A stretch of 64,000 nucleotides of DNA from an uncultured Candidatus Poseidoniales archaeon (GCA_964389655.1 CAYMED010000004.1:1-64000), one strand, 5' to 3'. Shown: positions 27,129 through 40,516, counted from the first letter of the stretch. The notes: a model not told the origin generated them from the sequence alone. Program-made: numbers and translations.

Positions 27129-30038
27129 GTGCTTGAATCGCCTGATCCCGCTTCGCTCAGTCGAGATGGAGGAATCATTTCAGTTCGAGGAGCTCGTACC
27201 CATAATCTTGCAGATATTGATGTTGATATTCCTCGCGGAAGATTTGTTGTTGTTAGTGGTGTATCGGGTTCTGGGAAATCAAGTTTGGCTTTTGATACAC
27301 TCTATGCGGAGGGACAACGCAGGTACGTTGAATCTCTTTCAGCTTATGCAAGACAATTCTTGGGTCAAATGAAAAAAGCAGATTGTGATGGTATTGAAGG
27401 GCTTTCTCCGGCGATTAGTATTGATCAAAAGCAGGGCAGCCATAATCCTAGGTCCACTGTCTGCACAGTTACCGAAATTATGGACCATTTACGTCTTCTT
27501 TGGGCTCGAATTGGCATCCCTCATTGTCCTGAATGCGGAAAAGAAATTGCTCGTAGAACAGTTCAGCAACTAGTAGATAATATCCTTTGGCGCCACGATG
27601 GAAAGAATATTTCATTATGGGCCCCAGTGCTTCGTAGCCGCAAAGGATCGCATCATGAATTGATGACATCTTTGCATGACTCGGGCTATGTCTCTGCAAG
27701 AATAAATGGAAGAGAATCGGATCTTTCTTCCCCGCCCTCTTTAGAGCGTAATTTGCGACATGACATTGATGTCCGAATTGATCGTTTGAGTGTGTCAAAT
27801 CGCACAAAACAGCGATTAACAGAAGCCGTTGAAGATGGTCTTCGCCTAGGAGACGGTTCAATCATAATTGAAGCTCCTGAAGAAGATAAACAATCTATTC
27901 AAGAATTGCTCAGTGAAGAATTTGCTTGCCATGATCATGGATCATTCCTTCCTGAAATGAGTCCTCGCGTATTTTCTTTCAATAATCCGCTAGGTGCTTG
28001 TCAAAGGTGCGAAGGCCTTGGAGTTGTGCGACAATTTTCTGAATTTCTTGTAACGGATTCGAGTCGCTCTCTTATTGAGGGCGCAATTCGCCCATTTTCT
28101 TCTTCAGCATCATCGAATTGGTATAGAAGTATGATGCAAGGTCTAGCGGCATATTATCAATTTCCTTTTGACCAACCATATGGTGAACTAGATGAAGATT
28201 CATGTGATCTTATCCTCTGGGGTAGCGGAACGACCCCCGTTCCTATTGAAGTAGCGACTGGATCAGGTGGGCAGTATAGAACAAACCGCCCATGGGAAGG
28301 CGTAATTCCACGTCTTGATCGTCTCCTCCGTGAAACAACATCCGATCGTAACCGGCAGCGCCTGATGAGTTACATGGAAGAACAGACTTGTATAGAATGT
28401 GGTGGAAGAAAATTGAATCCATCTTCATCGGGAGTTTTAGTTGGCGGGATTAATTTACCGCACTTTAATGATGCTACTGTAACAAAGGCACTTGAAATTG
28501 TATCTTCTTGGTTGAATGGTCCGAATTTACTTGATGAACGATCTCATCACATTGGCAAAGAAGTCATCAAAGAAATACAAACAAGGTTGCAATTTCTCCA
28601 GTCGGTAGGGCTGGGTTATCTTTCTCTTGACCGTAGAGCCAATACATTATCAGGTGGGGAGAGTCAGAGAATTAGATTAGCAACTCAAATTGGTAGCCAA
28701 CTTACTGGTGTGATGTACGTACTGGATGAACCATCTATTGGTCTCCATCAAAAAGATAATCAGAGACTTCTTGAAACCCTTCGTTCTCTCTGCAATTTAG
28801 GAAATACCCTTATCGTAGTAGAACACGATGAAGAGACATTGAGACAAGCAGATTGGATTGTGGATATTGGACCGGGAGCAGGAAAGAATGGGGGACATGT
28901 TGTTGCTTCAGGGCCACCTGATTATGTGATGAGTATTGAGGATTCTATTACGGGGGCTTATCTCTCAGGTCGGACTTCAATCCCGCTTCCCGAAATACGT
29001 ACCCTTCCAGATTTTAAAAATTCGATAAAATTATGTGGGGCCAGACATAATAATCTCTCTTCGATTGATGTTGTATTTCCACTTGGGTGTATGATTTCAG
29101 TTACGGGTGTATCTGGTTCAGGTAAGTCGAGTCTTGTCACTGCAACCCTTGCTCCCGCATTAAGGAAAGAAATTCATGGCATAGATGTAATTCCTGGAAG
29201 ATATGACCGAATAGATGGTATTGAAAATATCGATAAAGTAGTGGTAATTGATCAATCTCCAATTGGGCGCACTCCTCGTTCTAATCCAGCAACTTATACC
29301 AAAGCATTTGATGAAATACGCAATTTATTTTCTCAAACTCAAGTATCAAAAGAGCGAGGCTGGAAACCGGGTCGTTTTTCGTTTAATGTTCGTGGAGGGA
29401 GATGTGAAGCCTGCCGGGGTGCTGGCCAAATTAAGTTAGAGATGAATTTCCTTCCAGATGTATGGATCACTTGTGAAGAGTGCAAAGGAAAGCGCTACAA
29501 TCGCGAAACACTTGAAGCAACTTGGAAGGGACGGACTATACACGATATTCTTGAAATGTCTATTTCACATGCTTATGATTTTTTCAAACCAATCCCGAAA
29601 TTAGAGCGCATTCTTGGAACTTTAGTTGATGTTGGACTAAGTTATATCCATCTAGGACAACCAGCTACAACACTATCGGGTGGCGAAGCACAGCGCGTTA
29701 AATTGTCATCAGAACTCAAGAGACCTGCAGGCCGTCATACGGTATACATTCTAGATGAACCAACGACGGGTCTTTCTCTGCATGATATTCGTCAATTAAT
29801 TGGTGTCCTCCATCGTTTAAGGGATAAGGGGCACACGATAATTGTCATTGAGCATCATCTTGACGTGATTAAATCAAGTGATTGGATAATAGATCTCGGT
29901 CCCGAAGGAGGAGATGGTGGAGGTTGGCTGATTGCTGAAGGTCCTCCAGAAGTTATTTCCCATCATGCAACGAGTTATACTGGTGCGGTTTTGGCCCCAA
30001 CTCTTGATTTTAGAAAAAATGTATCATCACAGGATTGA
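27129..30038 (+). CDS. uvrA: Excinuclease ABC subunit A
   Basis: Two '[10 protein letters not shown]' Walker A motifs, two 'LSGGE' signatures, Zn fingers, '[20 protein letters not shown]'; likely GTG start 27129. Confidence 0.97.
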   Translation: MLESPDPASLSRDGGIISVRGARTHNLADIDVDIPRGRFVVVSGVSGSGKSSLAFDTLYAEGQRRYVESLSAYARQFLGQMKKADCDGIEGLSPAISIDQKQGSHNPRSTVCTVTEIMDHLRLLWARIGIPHCPECGKEIARRTVQQLVDNILWRHDGKNISLWAPVLRSRKGSHHELMTSLHDSGYVSARINGRESDLSSPPSLERNLRHDIDVRIDRLSVSNRTKQRLTEAVEDGLRLGDGSIIIEAPEEDKQSIQELLSEEFACHDHGSFLPEMSPRVFSFNNPLGACQRCEGLGVVRQFSEFLVTDSSRSLIEGAIRPFSSSASSNWYRSMMQGLAAYYQFPFDQPYGELDEDSCDLILWGSGTTPVPIEVATGSGGQYRTNRPWEGVIPRLDRLLRETTSDRNRQRLMSYMEEQTCIECGGRKLNPSSSGVLVGGINLPHFNDATVTKALEIVSSWLNGPNLLDERSHHIGKEVIKEIQTRLQFLQSVGLGYLSLDRRANTLSGGESQRIRLATQIGSQLTGVMYVLDEPSIGLHQKDNQRLLETLRSLCNLGNTLIVVEHDEETLRQADWIVDIGPGAGKNGGHVVASGPPDYVMSIEDSITGAYLSGRTSIPLPEIRTLPDFKNSIKLCGARHNNLSSIDVVFPLGCMISVTGVSGSGKSSLVTATLAPALRKEIHGIDVIPGRYDRIDGIENIDKVVVIDQSPIGRTPRSNPATYTKAFDEIRNLFSQTQVSKERGWKPGRFSFNVRGGRCEACRGAGQIKLEMNFLPDVWITCEECKGKRYNRETLEATWKGRTIHDILEMSISHAYDFFKPIPKLERILGTLVDVGLSYIHLGQPATTLSGGEAQRVKLSSELKRPAGRHTVYILDEPTTGLSLHDIRQLIGVLHRLRDKGHTIIVIEHHLDVIKSSDWIIDLGPEGGDGGGWLIAEGPPEVISHHATSYTGAVLAPTLDFRKNVSSQD

Positions 30039-30086
30039 AATATTGTGCCAACTCCGCAACCCCGAGTTAACTAGTGAGGTAGTCAG

Positions 30087-30383
30087 ATGAGCATTGGAAT
30101 AGAACCCCTTGGATCAATGGTCCTTGTCGAATTGGAGCAAGCCGCAGAAAAGACGATTTCAGGCTTGTTATTGCCAGAAGAGGCAAGAGAAAAGATGAAT
30201 GTTGGCAAGGTAATTGCCATTGGACCGGGTGGAATTGACGCCGACGGAAATAGACAACCCATGTATGTGGCTGTCGGCGACCGCGTCATTTATCGCAAAT
30301 ATGGTGGTACTGAAATTGAATGGCAAGGGACAGATTATTTGCTCATAAAGGAAGAAGACCTCCAGGCAAAAGTTGTAGCCTGA
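30087..30383 (+). CDS. groES: Co-chaperonin GroES
   Basis: 'EPLG..VLV', mobile loop 'TISGLLLP', 'VGDRVIYRKYGGTE'; SD-like gtgaggt upstream. Confidence 0.96.
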   Translation: MSIGIEPLGSMVLVELEQAAEKTISGLLLPEEAREKMNVGKVIAIGPGGIDADGNRQPMYVAVGDRVIYRKYGGTEIEWQGTDYLLIKEEDLQAKVVA

Positions 30384-30411
30384 GTTAAGATTAGTATGGA
30401 GAATGATACAG

Positions 30412-32088
<1,677 letters not shown>

Positions 32089-32168
32089 TCCCCCTATCTT
32101 TCGATAATTTTGGCCAACTCTTCCGGTTGATTCATTGACGGCCTTCGCCGGAGCCTTTTCCTAAGGGA

Positions 32169-35100
32169 TTGGTAGTGTCACCTGACATTAATTGTCATTG
32201 TATTGAGGTTATGCCCCGAATTGGGGACGGCCTAATTGATGCACGTGCAGAATCTATCCGCCGTCAATTAGCCATCGATCATTCCCTTATTGTTGGTGAA
32301 ATACGCAGTACCCTAGGGTATTTAGTCAAGGGAGATTTGACAGATGATGAGAAAAGTCAGGCTGCTATAGACCTTTTTTCTGATCCAATAATGGAAACAG
32401 TCTCAATTGACCTTTCTTTTCTGGAAGGATCAACTTTTGATACTGATCCGGATATCTCCATCCTTATCGGGTTTAAGCCAGGAGTCACAGATAATCGGGG
32501 ACAAGCGGCTTTAGATGGTTTGCATACCCTTTTCCCATTTTGCCCAGATATGGCAGTATCAACAACAATTGGTTATCATTTTTGGGATGTTCCATCTGAA
32601 GTGGATGTTGATTGGTTAGCCAGACAACTCTACAATCCTTTGATTGAACGTGTGGATTCAACCGATCGTAGGTTGGATGTAAATCAGGCTTGGCCTTCCT
32701 TGGCTTTTCCTAGCCACCTTGAATTGGAACAAAAACCCCCATCGATTATTGATTTAGAGGTATCTGACGAAGAACTTCTTCAAATCAGTGAAAAAGGTCT
32801 TTTAGCATTGAACATGGAGGAAATGAAAGCAATTCAATCGCATTATAGAGACAAGGAAATTCAATCAATGCGTGAATTTAGGGGCTTACCACCCAAAGCA
32901 CCCACAGACGTTGAATTGGAGTGTTTAGCCCAGTCTTGGTCTGAGCATTGTAAGCACAAAATTTTCGCTGCAAAGATACACCATATTGATAGACAAACTG
33001 GTGAAGAAAGTGAGATTGACTCTTTGTTCAAGACACATATCATGCGCCCCGCTTTAGATATGCAAGAGAACTTTGATTGGCTTCTTTCGCTTTTCCATGA
33101 TAATTCCGGCGTTATTGAATGGACGCCCGAATGGAGTCTTTGTATCAAAGCAGAGACACATAACTCCCCTTCTGCATTAGATCCATTTGGTGGAGCAATG
33201 ACTGGTATCGTTGGTGTCAATCGAGATATCTTAGGTACTGGCCTTGGTGCACGACCAATAGCCAATACAGATGTTTTTTGTTTTGGTCCACCAGATTATG
33301 ATGGAGATTTACCAGAGGGTTTGTTCCACCCATCGCGTGTTATGCGGGGCGTCCATGCAGGAGTGCGTTCTGGTGGAAATGAAAGTGGTATTCCAACTGT
33401 CAATGGTGCTATAATTTTCGATGAGCGGTATATAGGGAAACCCCTTGTTTACTGTGGAACCGTGGGGATTCTCCCCCGTTATTTGCCAGATGGCCGAGAG
33501 AGCCACATTAAGACACCAAATCCCGGAGATTTAGTTTACATGGTTGGTGGTAAAGTAGGAAGTGACGGGATACATGGAGCCACGTTTTCTAGTCTAGTGT
33601 TAACCGATGATAGCCCAAACAGTGCAGTGCAAATTGGGGATCCGATCACCCAGAAAAAAATGCTAGATATGCTACTCGTAGCTAGAGATTTAGGCTATAT
33701 ACAAGTAATCACGGATAATGGAGCAGGTGGATTATCCTCTAGTATTGGAGAAATGGCTGAATTAACAGGTGGTGCTGATTTAGATTTGTCAAAAGTTCCT
33801 CTTAAACAATTGGGTTTGAATCCATGGGAAATTCTAGTATCAGAATCACAGGAGAGAATGACTGTTGGTGTTAATGAAGATGATGCTACAGCATTCGAAT
33901 CCCTTGCCCTTTTACATGAGGTTGAGGTGACTGAAGTGGGACAATTTACCAATTCTGGGACATTCTTAGTTCATTATGGGAATGAAGTAGTCGCAGATTT
34001 ACCAATTTCTTTCCTCCATGATGGATGCCCCCAACTAAATCTAAAATCCGAATGGATTCCTCCTTCGCATGATGCAATTGAATTTCCAGATAATTTGATT
34101 ATAAGGCCAAAGGAAATGGGCCAGATCCTTCGACGGCTTCTGGCTAGGCCAAATATTGCCAGCAAGGAATGGTGGATTCGTTCTTACGATCATGAGGTCA
34201 TGGGCCAATCAGTCATCAAACCATTCGGGGGCCTTCATCATGATGCACCAGGGGATGCAGCTGTTATTGCCCCAATTCAAGGAGATACTCGAGGCGCAGT
34301 AGTGTCTTGTGGAATTGTTCCAAGATATTCGGATATAGATGCTTATGCGATGGTCGCAGCTAGTGTCGATGAAGCCGTTAGAAACGCAGTATGCGTTGGA
34401 GTTGATTTGAATCGTATTGCGGGATTAGATAATTTCTGTTGGCCCGATCCCGTAGAAAGCGAGAAAACACCCGATGGCAGCTTCAAACTCGCTCAATTAG
34501 TCAGAGCCAATCGTGCACTGGAAGATATTTGTAGAGCATATTCTTTACCCTGTATTTCAGGCAAGGATTCTATGAAGAACGATGCGATTTTAGATAACAA
34601 GAAAATCAGTGTTCCCCCTACTTTGTTATTCAGTTTAATAGGCGATCATCCAGATGTGAGGCGCGCAGTTTCTTCCGATTTCAAAAACTCTGGCGATGCA
34701 ATCTATCTTATCGGGGAAACGAAGCAGGAACTCGGTGCTAGTGAACTAGCCTACATGCTTCGAGATGAATCAAGAGGTAGAAGTGGAATTGGGGGATTGG
34801 TTCCTTCCATAGAACCAGAACGAAATCTTTTAGCATACAAATCTCTCACCAAGGCGATGCATTTGGGATTGATTGCAAGCGCCCATGATTGTTCAGATGG
34901 GGGTTTATCAGTTGCAATTGCCGAGTCATGTTTTGGAATTGATGCAGGTGCTGAAATCGATATTTCCTTGCTTGAAGATCATGGTGGGAATCTCGATTCA
35001 TGGGGTGCTCTTTTTGGAGAGAGCCTTGGACGTATCTTAGTAAGTGTAGCGCCCGAAAAGATAGAAGAATTTGAGATTGAAATGGAAAATATAGTTTGTA

Positions 35101-35231
35101 ATTTTATAGGTAAGGTTGGGAATAGTGACCACTTGGTTATAATTGACCATGGAAATACGATTTTGGAAGCATCAATCACCGAATTACGTTTAGCTTGGAA
35201 AGGTACATTGGATGGAGGTGCCCCTGAATGA
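32169..35231 (+). CDS. purL: Phosphoribosylformylglycinamidine synthase PurL with N-terminal PurS-like extension
   Basis: 'QSWSEHCKHKIF', 'KAETHNSPS', 'DNGAGG', 'SESQERM', 'HDCSDGG'; N-terminal 'KPGVTD'. Confidence 0.93.
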   Translation: MVVSPDINCHCIEVMPRIGDGLIDARAESIRRQLAIDHSLIVGEIRSTLGYLVKGDLTDDEKSQAAIDLFSDPIMETVSIDLSFLEGSTFDTDPDISILIGFKPGVTDNRGQAALDGLHTLFPFCPDMAVSTTIGYHFWDVPSEVDVDWLARQLYNPLIERVDSTDRRLDVNQAWPSLAFPSHLELEQKPPSIIDLEVSDEELLQISEKGLLALNMEEMKAIQSHYRDKEIQSMREFRGLPPKAPTDVELECLAQSWSEHCKHKIFAAKIHHIDRQTGEESEIDSLFKTHIMRPALDMQENFDWLLSLFHDNSGVIEWTPEWSLCIKAETHNSPSALDPFGGAMTGIVGVNRDILGTGLGARPIANTDVFCFGPPDYDGDLPEGLFHPSRVMRGVHAGVRSGGNESGIPTVNGAIIFDERYIGKPLVYCGTVGILPRYLPDGRESHIKTPNPGDLVYMVGGKVGSDGIHGATFSSLVLTDDSPNSAVQIGDPITQKKMLDMLLVARDLGYIQVITDNGAGGLSSSIGEMAELTGGADLDLSKVPLKQLGLNPWEILVSESQERMTVGVNEDDATAFESLALLHEVEVTEVGQFTNSGTFLVHYGNEVVADLPISFLHDGCPQLNLKSEWIPPSHDAIEFPDNLIIRPKEMGQILRRLLARPNIASKEWWIRSYDHEVMGQSVIKPFGGLHHDAPGDAAVIAPIQGDTRGAVVSCGIVPRYSDIDAYAMVAASVDEAVRNAVCVGVDLNRIAGLDNFCWPDPVESEKTPDGSFKLAQLVRANRALEDICRAYSLPCISGKDSMKNDAILDNKKISVPPTLLFSLIGDHPDVRRAVSSDFKNSGDAIYLIGETKQELGASELAYMLRDESRGRSGIGGLVPSIEPERNLLAYKSLTKAMHLGLIASAHDCSDGGLSVAIAESCFGIDAGAEIDISLLEDHGGNLDSWGALFGESLGRILVSVAPEKIEEFEIEMENIVCNFIGKVGNSDHLVIIDHGNTILEASITELRLAWKGTLDGGAPE

Positions 35232-36046
35232 CTGTGAAGGTGGTTATTCTAACAGGATTTGGAATCAATTGTGATAGAGAAACAGCAGCAGTATTTGAGA
35301 TGGCGGGTGCACAATCCGAACGTATTCATGTGAATCGATTTGTGAATGGAGAACGAAATTTATCTGAGTTTCATATCATGGCAATACCCGGTGGTTTTTC
35401 TTTCGGTGACCATTTAGGAAGTGGCCGTTTGTTGGGCAATCGTCTCCGTTTTGGGATGCGGGATCAAGTTAGAGATTTCATCAAGAATGATGGTTTAGTG
35501 ATTGGTATTTGCAATGGTTTTCAGGTTTTAGTCAAGATGGGGCTTTTACCTGGAGACGATGAAATCACTTTAACTCAAACAGCATCATTGACGTTGAATG
35601 ATTCAGGACATTATGAGAATAGATGGGTTACATTAGAATTCGACGCCAAGTCCCCCTGTGTTTGGACAAAAGGCCTTCAAAGAATTAGAGCTCCAGTTCG
35701 CCATGGTGAAGGGAAATTTGTCTCAGTAGACCCCCAACTTCTAGACCATTGGTCCTTTAATGGGCAAGTTGTAGTTAGGTATGTAGATCCAAAAGACGCA
35801 TATCCATCATCTTCTAATGATCCTTTAGATTACCCATTGTCTCCGAATGCGAGCATGCGTAATATAGCGGGAGTTTGTGACCCAACAGGCAGAGTATTCG
35901 GGTTGATGCCGCATCCTGAAGCAAATCATTCTACTTGGCTTGGAGCAACATGGACTAGGGAAATAACCCATTCTGAGCATGGCGAAGGCGAAGGCCTAAT
36001 CATCTTTAGAAATGCAGTTGAATATGTTGAATCTTCTCTTTCGTAG
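35228..36046 (+). CDS. purQ: FGAM synthase glutaminase subunit PurQ
   Basis: 'PGGFSFGD', 'GICNGFQ', 'HGEG', 'MPHPE'. Confidence 0.95.
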   Translation: MTVKVVILTGFGINCDRETAAVFEMAGAQSERIHVNRFVNGERNLSEFHIMAIPGGFSFGDHLGSGRLLGNRLRFGMRDQVRDFIKNDGLVIGICNGFQVLVKMGLLPGDDEITLTQTASLTLNDSGHYENRWVTLEFDAKSPCVWTKGLQRIRAPVRHGEGKFVSVDPQLLDHWSFNGQVVVRYVDPKDAYPSSSNDPLDYPLSPNASMRNIAGVCDPTGRVFGLMPHPEANHSTWLGATWTREITHSEHGEGEGLIIFRNAVEYVESSLS

Positions 36047-36073
36047 ATACAAGATCCTTCTATTCAAAAAATT

Positions 36074-36703
36074 CTACAATAAATCATCAAATAAATCTTC
36101 AACAGCAATTTCCGAAGCCAAGCGTTCTAATTCTACTTCCAGTAAATCCTTTCGCTCTTTATCTCCAACTATTCTCTCAATTAAACGTGAATCTTCCCCT
36201 TTTCTTTGAGTTCGATCACTTTCTTTAATTGGCCGACTTGGTATTGTCCGTCGACCTAGGTGGTTTAGATCAGGCGACGGTAACCATGAACTAAGACTTT
36301 CAATTGTCTCGTGTTGTAAATGAGAGTTAGAACGATTTGCAATTTCAGAAATTGGGGTTGGCTTCTTTCTTTCAGCTGCCAAAGAGAACGCTTTTTCAAC
36401 ATCTTCAATCGTGTCATTTTTTACATTCTCTAATCCCTTCCGTAGAGAAACATATCCGCTTAAAATATCTCCATGAACTGCATCGTGTTCAAACCGTTCT
36501 GGGTGTGCTAGATATCGTGTCATTTCTTCTGCCAACACCCTTGCCCTACTCCCTTTTGGCATTTTTTTGATACGCACCCTGATTGATCTGTAGGAGTCAA
36601 TACATTTTTTGCATCTGCTAATGCCTGGTTCATCAGGTGCGTCACAGAAGATGCAGATGAGATCAAATCCCATCTCCTTCATCGCCCTTCTAGGAATTGA
36701 CAT
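36074..36703 (-). CDS. Hypothetical protein with an N-terminal Cys4 zinc-binding motif
   Basis: 'CIFC...CKKC'; likely start ATG 36703. Confidence 0.6.
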   Translation of the reverse strand: MSIPRRAMKEMGFDLICIFCDAPDEPGISRCKKCIDSYRSIRVRIKKMPKGSRARVLAEEMTRYLAHPERFEHDAVHGDILSGYVSLRKGLENVKNDTIEDVEKAFSLAAERKKPTPISEIANRSNSHLQHETIESLSSWLPSPDLNHLGRRTIPSRPIKESDRTQRKGEDSRLIERIVGDKERKDLLEVELERLASEIAVEDLFDDLL

Positions 36704-36793
36704 ATTATTGCGCGAGACCCTATAATGAATCAAGTCTTTTCTCAATTGCTCTTAGTCGGATAGTTGAAACATAATTCCCTCAGCAGTAACCAT

Positions 36794-37639
36794 ATGGCCC
36801 CTTCGCGCAGGAATGAGCCAGATCCCCGCGCTCGTTCATTAGAGGTGAACACTCCCTTCAATGATCAAACAACCCATAGACAACAACCACGTGTCGTTCA
36901 AATTCAATTCATGCCCTTCACATCCATGCTTGATGCACTCCCTGCACAAATGCATACTGGATCGATTTGGCATTTTAGTCGCACAGAAATAGAGCATCTT
37001 GCTATGGCAACTTGTGCTTTTACACTAGCACTTGGGTTTATGATGGGAGGTGGAATTGGATCTATCCAGGCATATGGCTTTTCAACTTGGATTATGATTG
37101 TACTTACAAGCATGCCATTGATGTTAGTAGCAGTTGGACCAGCGTTCTTGCTGCATGAAATGGGACACAAAATTGTAGCAAGATATTATGGGTGTTGGGC
37201 AGAATTCAGAGGCGACCCATCTGGTCTTCGTTTCGGCATACTGATTTCATTATTGCTTGGAATTGTTTTCATGTCTCCCGGTGCAGTTATGGTTGCTGGA
37301 TCAATTAACCGCAAACAAAATGGACATATTGCAATTGCAGGACCGGTTGTTAATCTTATTCTGTTATTTATTGGAATTATTGGTGGTGGAATTCTACTGG
37401 GTATTGTTGGGATGGGTGGAATATTAGAATCAATCATTTACTTTTGGATTATATCAAATTTGATTCTTGGTTTATTCAATATGCTCCCATTCGGCCCACT
37501 AGATGGGGTAAAAGTGAAAGCTTGGTCGGAAGAGATCTACTGGACTTTATTTCTTATTTTTGCAGTGCCCGTAATTTTTCTTTTCCTTGGATTTGGTTCC
37601 CCATATGATCTTGCTTATTGGATTGCAGTAAGAATATGA
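36794..37639 (+). CDS. Site-2 protease (M50 family) intramembrane metalloprotease
   Basis: 'HEMGH', 'IAGPVVN', 'FNMLPFGPLDG'. Confidence 0.92.
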   Translation: MAPSRRNEPDPRARSLEVNTPFNDQTTHRQQPRVVQIQFMPFTSMLDALPAQMHTGSIWHFSRTEIEHLAMATCAFTLALGFMMGGGIGSIQAYGFSTWIMIVLTSMPLMLVAVGPAFLLHEMGHKIVARYYGCWAEFRGDPSGLRFGILISLLLGIVFMSPGAVMVAGSINRKQNGHIAIAGPVVNLILLFIGIIGGGILLGIVGMGGILESIIYFWIISNLILGLFNMLPFGPLDGVKVKAWSEEIYWTLFLIFAVPVIFLFLGFGSPYDLAYWIAVRI

Positions 37640-40446
37640 TCTCCTGCTGGACGAATCCCCTGTGCGATTGGTAAATTAACCACTTTTACCAATTTTTCAA
37701 CTTCTTGGCTGAGTATAGTTAAATTATCATTTGATGGAAGTGCGAAGGTATCTGGACCTAAAGGAAGCGCGATTCCAGGGCCTGGGATTCGTTGAAGTAA
37801 TGTTCCAAGTCGTTCGCTACGGCGCAATGGATCTCCCCCCGTTGATGTTCCCCTTGCTTCAAGTCTCTTCTTTGTCCAAGCATCGATTTCAGAAATTGCC
37901 TTCGTAAGCGTCAATAGCAGCCCTTCCCGGTCCTCATCATCTTCAGAAGTTGCACTAATTCGCAAAGCAAGCCGAAGAATTCGATCAATTCTCAAATCTC
38001 TATTTTCAGCCCCAATTTTTTTTGCAATTTTTGTGCGAATATGTTCTCCACTTTCGTATTTTATTTCTAATGCAGTAGCAATATGTTGTAATCCAAGTCC
38101 AATTTCAGATCCAACTTGCTCATTCTTTTTCTCAGTTCGATGAATATCATCTTCAACAGCATCCGTATTTTCTATTTTTGCGATTATATTCCCTTTTGAT
38201 TCATGATTTTCTAGTTTTTCAGTGATATGTATCTCTTTTTTATTTTGTTGAAGCATAATAGAATCTGAACTTTCATAACGCCCCCTAGACTGAATTTCTG
38301 ATTTTGATATTTTTTTCCGCTTAACTTTCTTTACCTTGCGAACTCGTTTTTCATTTTCAACTGGTGAATTTCGGGCACCTATACTTTCTTCTAATACCCC
38401 CATTTGAGGAACATTTCCACCCATACTTTCTTTGTCATTTACGACTACATTTTCAATTTCATTGGTCATGGGCATCCAAGGATTGAAATCAAATAATTCA
38501 TCATTTTTGTTCACCAAAGCCAGTCTTTTAGCGAGATCAGGTAAGGCAACCTCTAGAGCCTCTAGGCGATTTGGTCTCCGCAAATCAGCCAAAATTTGTT
38601 CTGCAAGTACTGGATCACGAGTCCAAGGAAGCCGCTTTAAACGGTCGACAAGTCCCGCGTGTCTATCCATTGCTCTTCGTATCGATGGTAGCCTTTTTCC
38701 AAAATTGATTGGATCTACTTTGATTCGTTCTTCAATCTCTTTAACATCCCATCCCTCTTCAGAAAAAACTTCTATTTCGATTTTAATTTGTTCAAGAGCA
38801 TGTTGAAGAAGTGGGTGTAATTGAACAATTCTTTCCTCTACTTCTTCCTCATTTTTATTCAGTGACCGAATCAGGTGAGTTTTTCCACCTTCAGCAGCGC
38901 GCACAGCATTTCTTAGTTCCTGTAAATTTAAATTATTAATATCAATTAAGTGATCCCATTTTTTCTTATTCTTTAATTCAATAATCGCTTCCATAAGCCT
39001 ACTTCGATGTCTTGAGATACGCGACCTTGCACTTCTCAACCACGCTTCAGCATCCAGCAAGGCAGGTACATCACGATCTTCCAACAACCTTTTTTTCCAA
39101 ATGAGAACTTCTTCTTCACCTTGGATCGAAGTATCTATCCGTTCAAGTTCAATTCGTATTGATTTTGCTCTCTCAACTAAATCATTTTCAATTCTGAGTC
39201 GTGAAATAATATTCCTCGGATTCTTTTTGAATTTTTCATCCCAGTTATTTATCTCCATTTCTTCATTTTTCCATCTTTTAAATATTAACTTTCCTTCATG
39301 TATGATGGCATTTCTTTCCATTTCAACATCTTCAATTCTTTCCATTAGCCATGCCGTTGAGTTTAGATGGGGAAACCTCACTTTCATTTCTTCCGCTTGT
39401 TCTGGCCATTCATCTTCAATAATGCCTATTCTTTCAGCAATATTCATATGAATAATGGTTTTTTTTTCAGCATCAACCAATCTTTCAGACCAAATATCAA
39501 TATCTTCTAATGGAATCCGAATAGGTGCCTCAACAATCCACCCATTTGCTCGCAATTTAGTCCATCCTTCTTCTACAGAAACATGCTCTTCATGTAGTAA
39601 AGATGCGCTTTTTCTTACTCTTCGCAAAAGGTCATCAAGTTTTTTTCTCTCTCCTTTGAATTGCATTTTCTTTCTTTCAAGTTCAAACTCTTTTGCTAAT
39701 TTAGGGTCAAGTGGATTTAGGAGTGCATGAATAACATCTCTTGCCTTGAACCAATCATTTTCTAGTTCCCGAAGAGTTTCAATGTGTGCAATCCGAACAT
39801 TCAATTCCCCATTTTCAGCTATTGATGTATCAAAACCCCTTTTCCTAAGTAAATCTAACATTTTGTCAAGGCGTAAGTGGCGTGCAGCTTCGCGTTCTTC
39901 AAGACGCACAATATGATCTTCAATTATCGAGTATTTTTTTGGATCTTCAAGAAGATGTTGCATCCCCCTTCCTTCTTCGACTAAACTTGGATCGATTTTA
40001 TCTAATCTTGATGTTAGTGAATTGATGATTTCCCCCATCCCCCTGTCAATCCACCGCTGCTTATTTTTCCAAGCAACAGTAGCCCAAGGCCTTCTTTCAT
40101 TATTTATTTTTTCAATTCTTCCGCTTACACTTTCAACATTCTCAACAGAAATCAAATCAGTAAGCATTTGTTCTTTTTCATGATTAAGTGTAGTTGGCAA
40201 TGCCTCAATCTGCTCACGTAATTCTTCTGCTTTGAGAAATCTCTCTTCAACTTGCAAGAGAATTTCAGATGCGACTTCGGGGTCTTCTTGGATCCTTTGC
40301 CACACCCAATCGATTTTCCATCCTTTGTTGGCCCAAGCATCAAGTCGCTCGGCCCACCAAGGCGATTGAACTTCATCCGTCACTGAGACACCCACGGGGG
40401 GTGGGTACGAAATAACCGCCGGGAGTTCCGCCATGTTAGAAGTCAT
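37615..40446 (-). CDS. Large alpha-helical/coiled-coil hypothetical protein with internal repeats
   Basis: 943 aa, E/K/R/L-rich, recurring G[WF] motifs. Confidence 0.65.
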   Translation of the reverse strand: MTSNMAELPAVISYPPPVGVSVTDEVQSPWWAERLDAWANKGWKIDWVWQRIQEDPEVASEILLQVEERFLKAEELREQIEALPTTLNHEKEQMLTDLISVENVESVSGRIEKINNERRPWATVAWKNKQRWIDRGMGEIINSLTSRLDKIDPSLVEEGRGMQHLLEDPKKYSIIEDHIVRLEEREAARHLRLDKMLDLLRKRGFDTSIAENGELNVRIAHIETLRELENDWFKARDVIHALLNPLDPKLAKEFELERKKMQFKGERKKLDDLLRRVRKSASLLHEEHVSVEEGWTKLRANGWIVEAPIRIPLEDIDIWSERLVDAEKKTIIHMNIAERIGIIEDEWPEQAEEMKVRFPHLNSTAWLMERIEDVEMERNAIIHEGKLIFKRWKNEEMEINNWDEKFKKNPRNIISRLRIENDLVERAKSIRIELERIDTSIQGEEEVLIWKKRLLEDRDVPALLDAEAWLRSARSRISRHRSRLMEAIIELKNKKKWDHLIDINNLNLQELRNAVRAAEGGKTHLIRSLNKNEEEVEERIVQLHPLLQHALEQIKIEIEVFSEEGWDVKEIEERIKVDPINFGKRLPSIRRAMDRHAGLVDRLKRLPWTRDPVLAEQILADLRRPNRLEALEVALPDLAKRLALVNKNDELFDFNPWMPMTNEIENVVVNDKESMGGNVPQMGVLEESIGARNSPVENEKRVRKVKKVKRKKISKSEIQSRGRYESSDSIMLQQNKKEIHITEKLENHESKGNIIAKIENTDAVEDDIHRTEKKNEQVGSEIGLGLQHIATALEIKYESGEHIRTKIAKKIGAENRDLRIDRILRLALRISATSEDDEDREGLLLTLTKAISEIDAWTKKRLEARGTSTGGDPLRRSERLGTLLQRIPGPGIALPLGPDTFALPSNDNLTILSQEVEKLVKVVNLPIAQGIRPAGDHILTAIQ

Positions 40447-40516
40447 CTGTAATCGCTACTGAATCGATCCTTCCACCCCATATCTTGAAAGTCGATTGAA
40501 AAACGCTCGACACTAG

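Noticed and set aside
30046-30072. Bona fide CIRCE element as a feature
   Set aside because: Only the ACTC-N9-GAGT core matches and the outer arms diverge, so it is kept as a tentative finding only.
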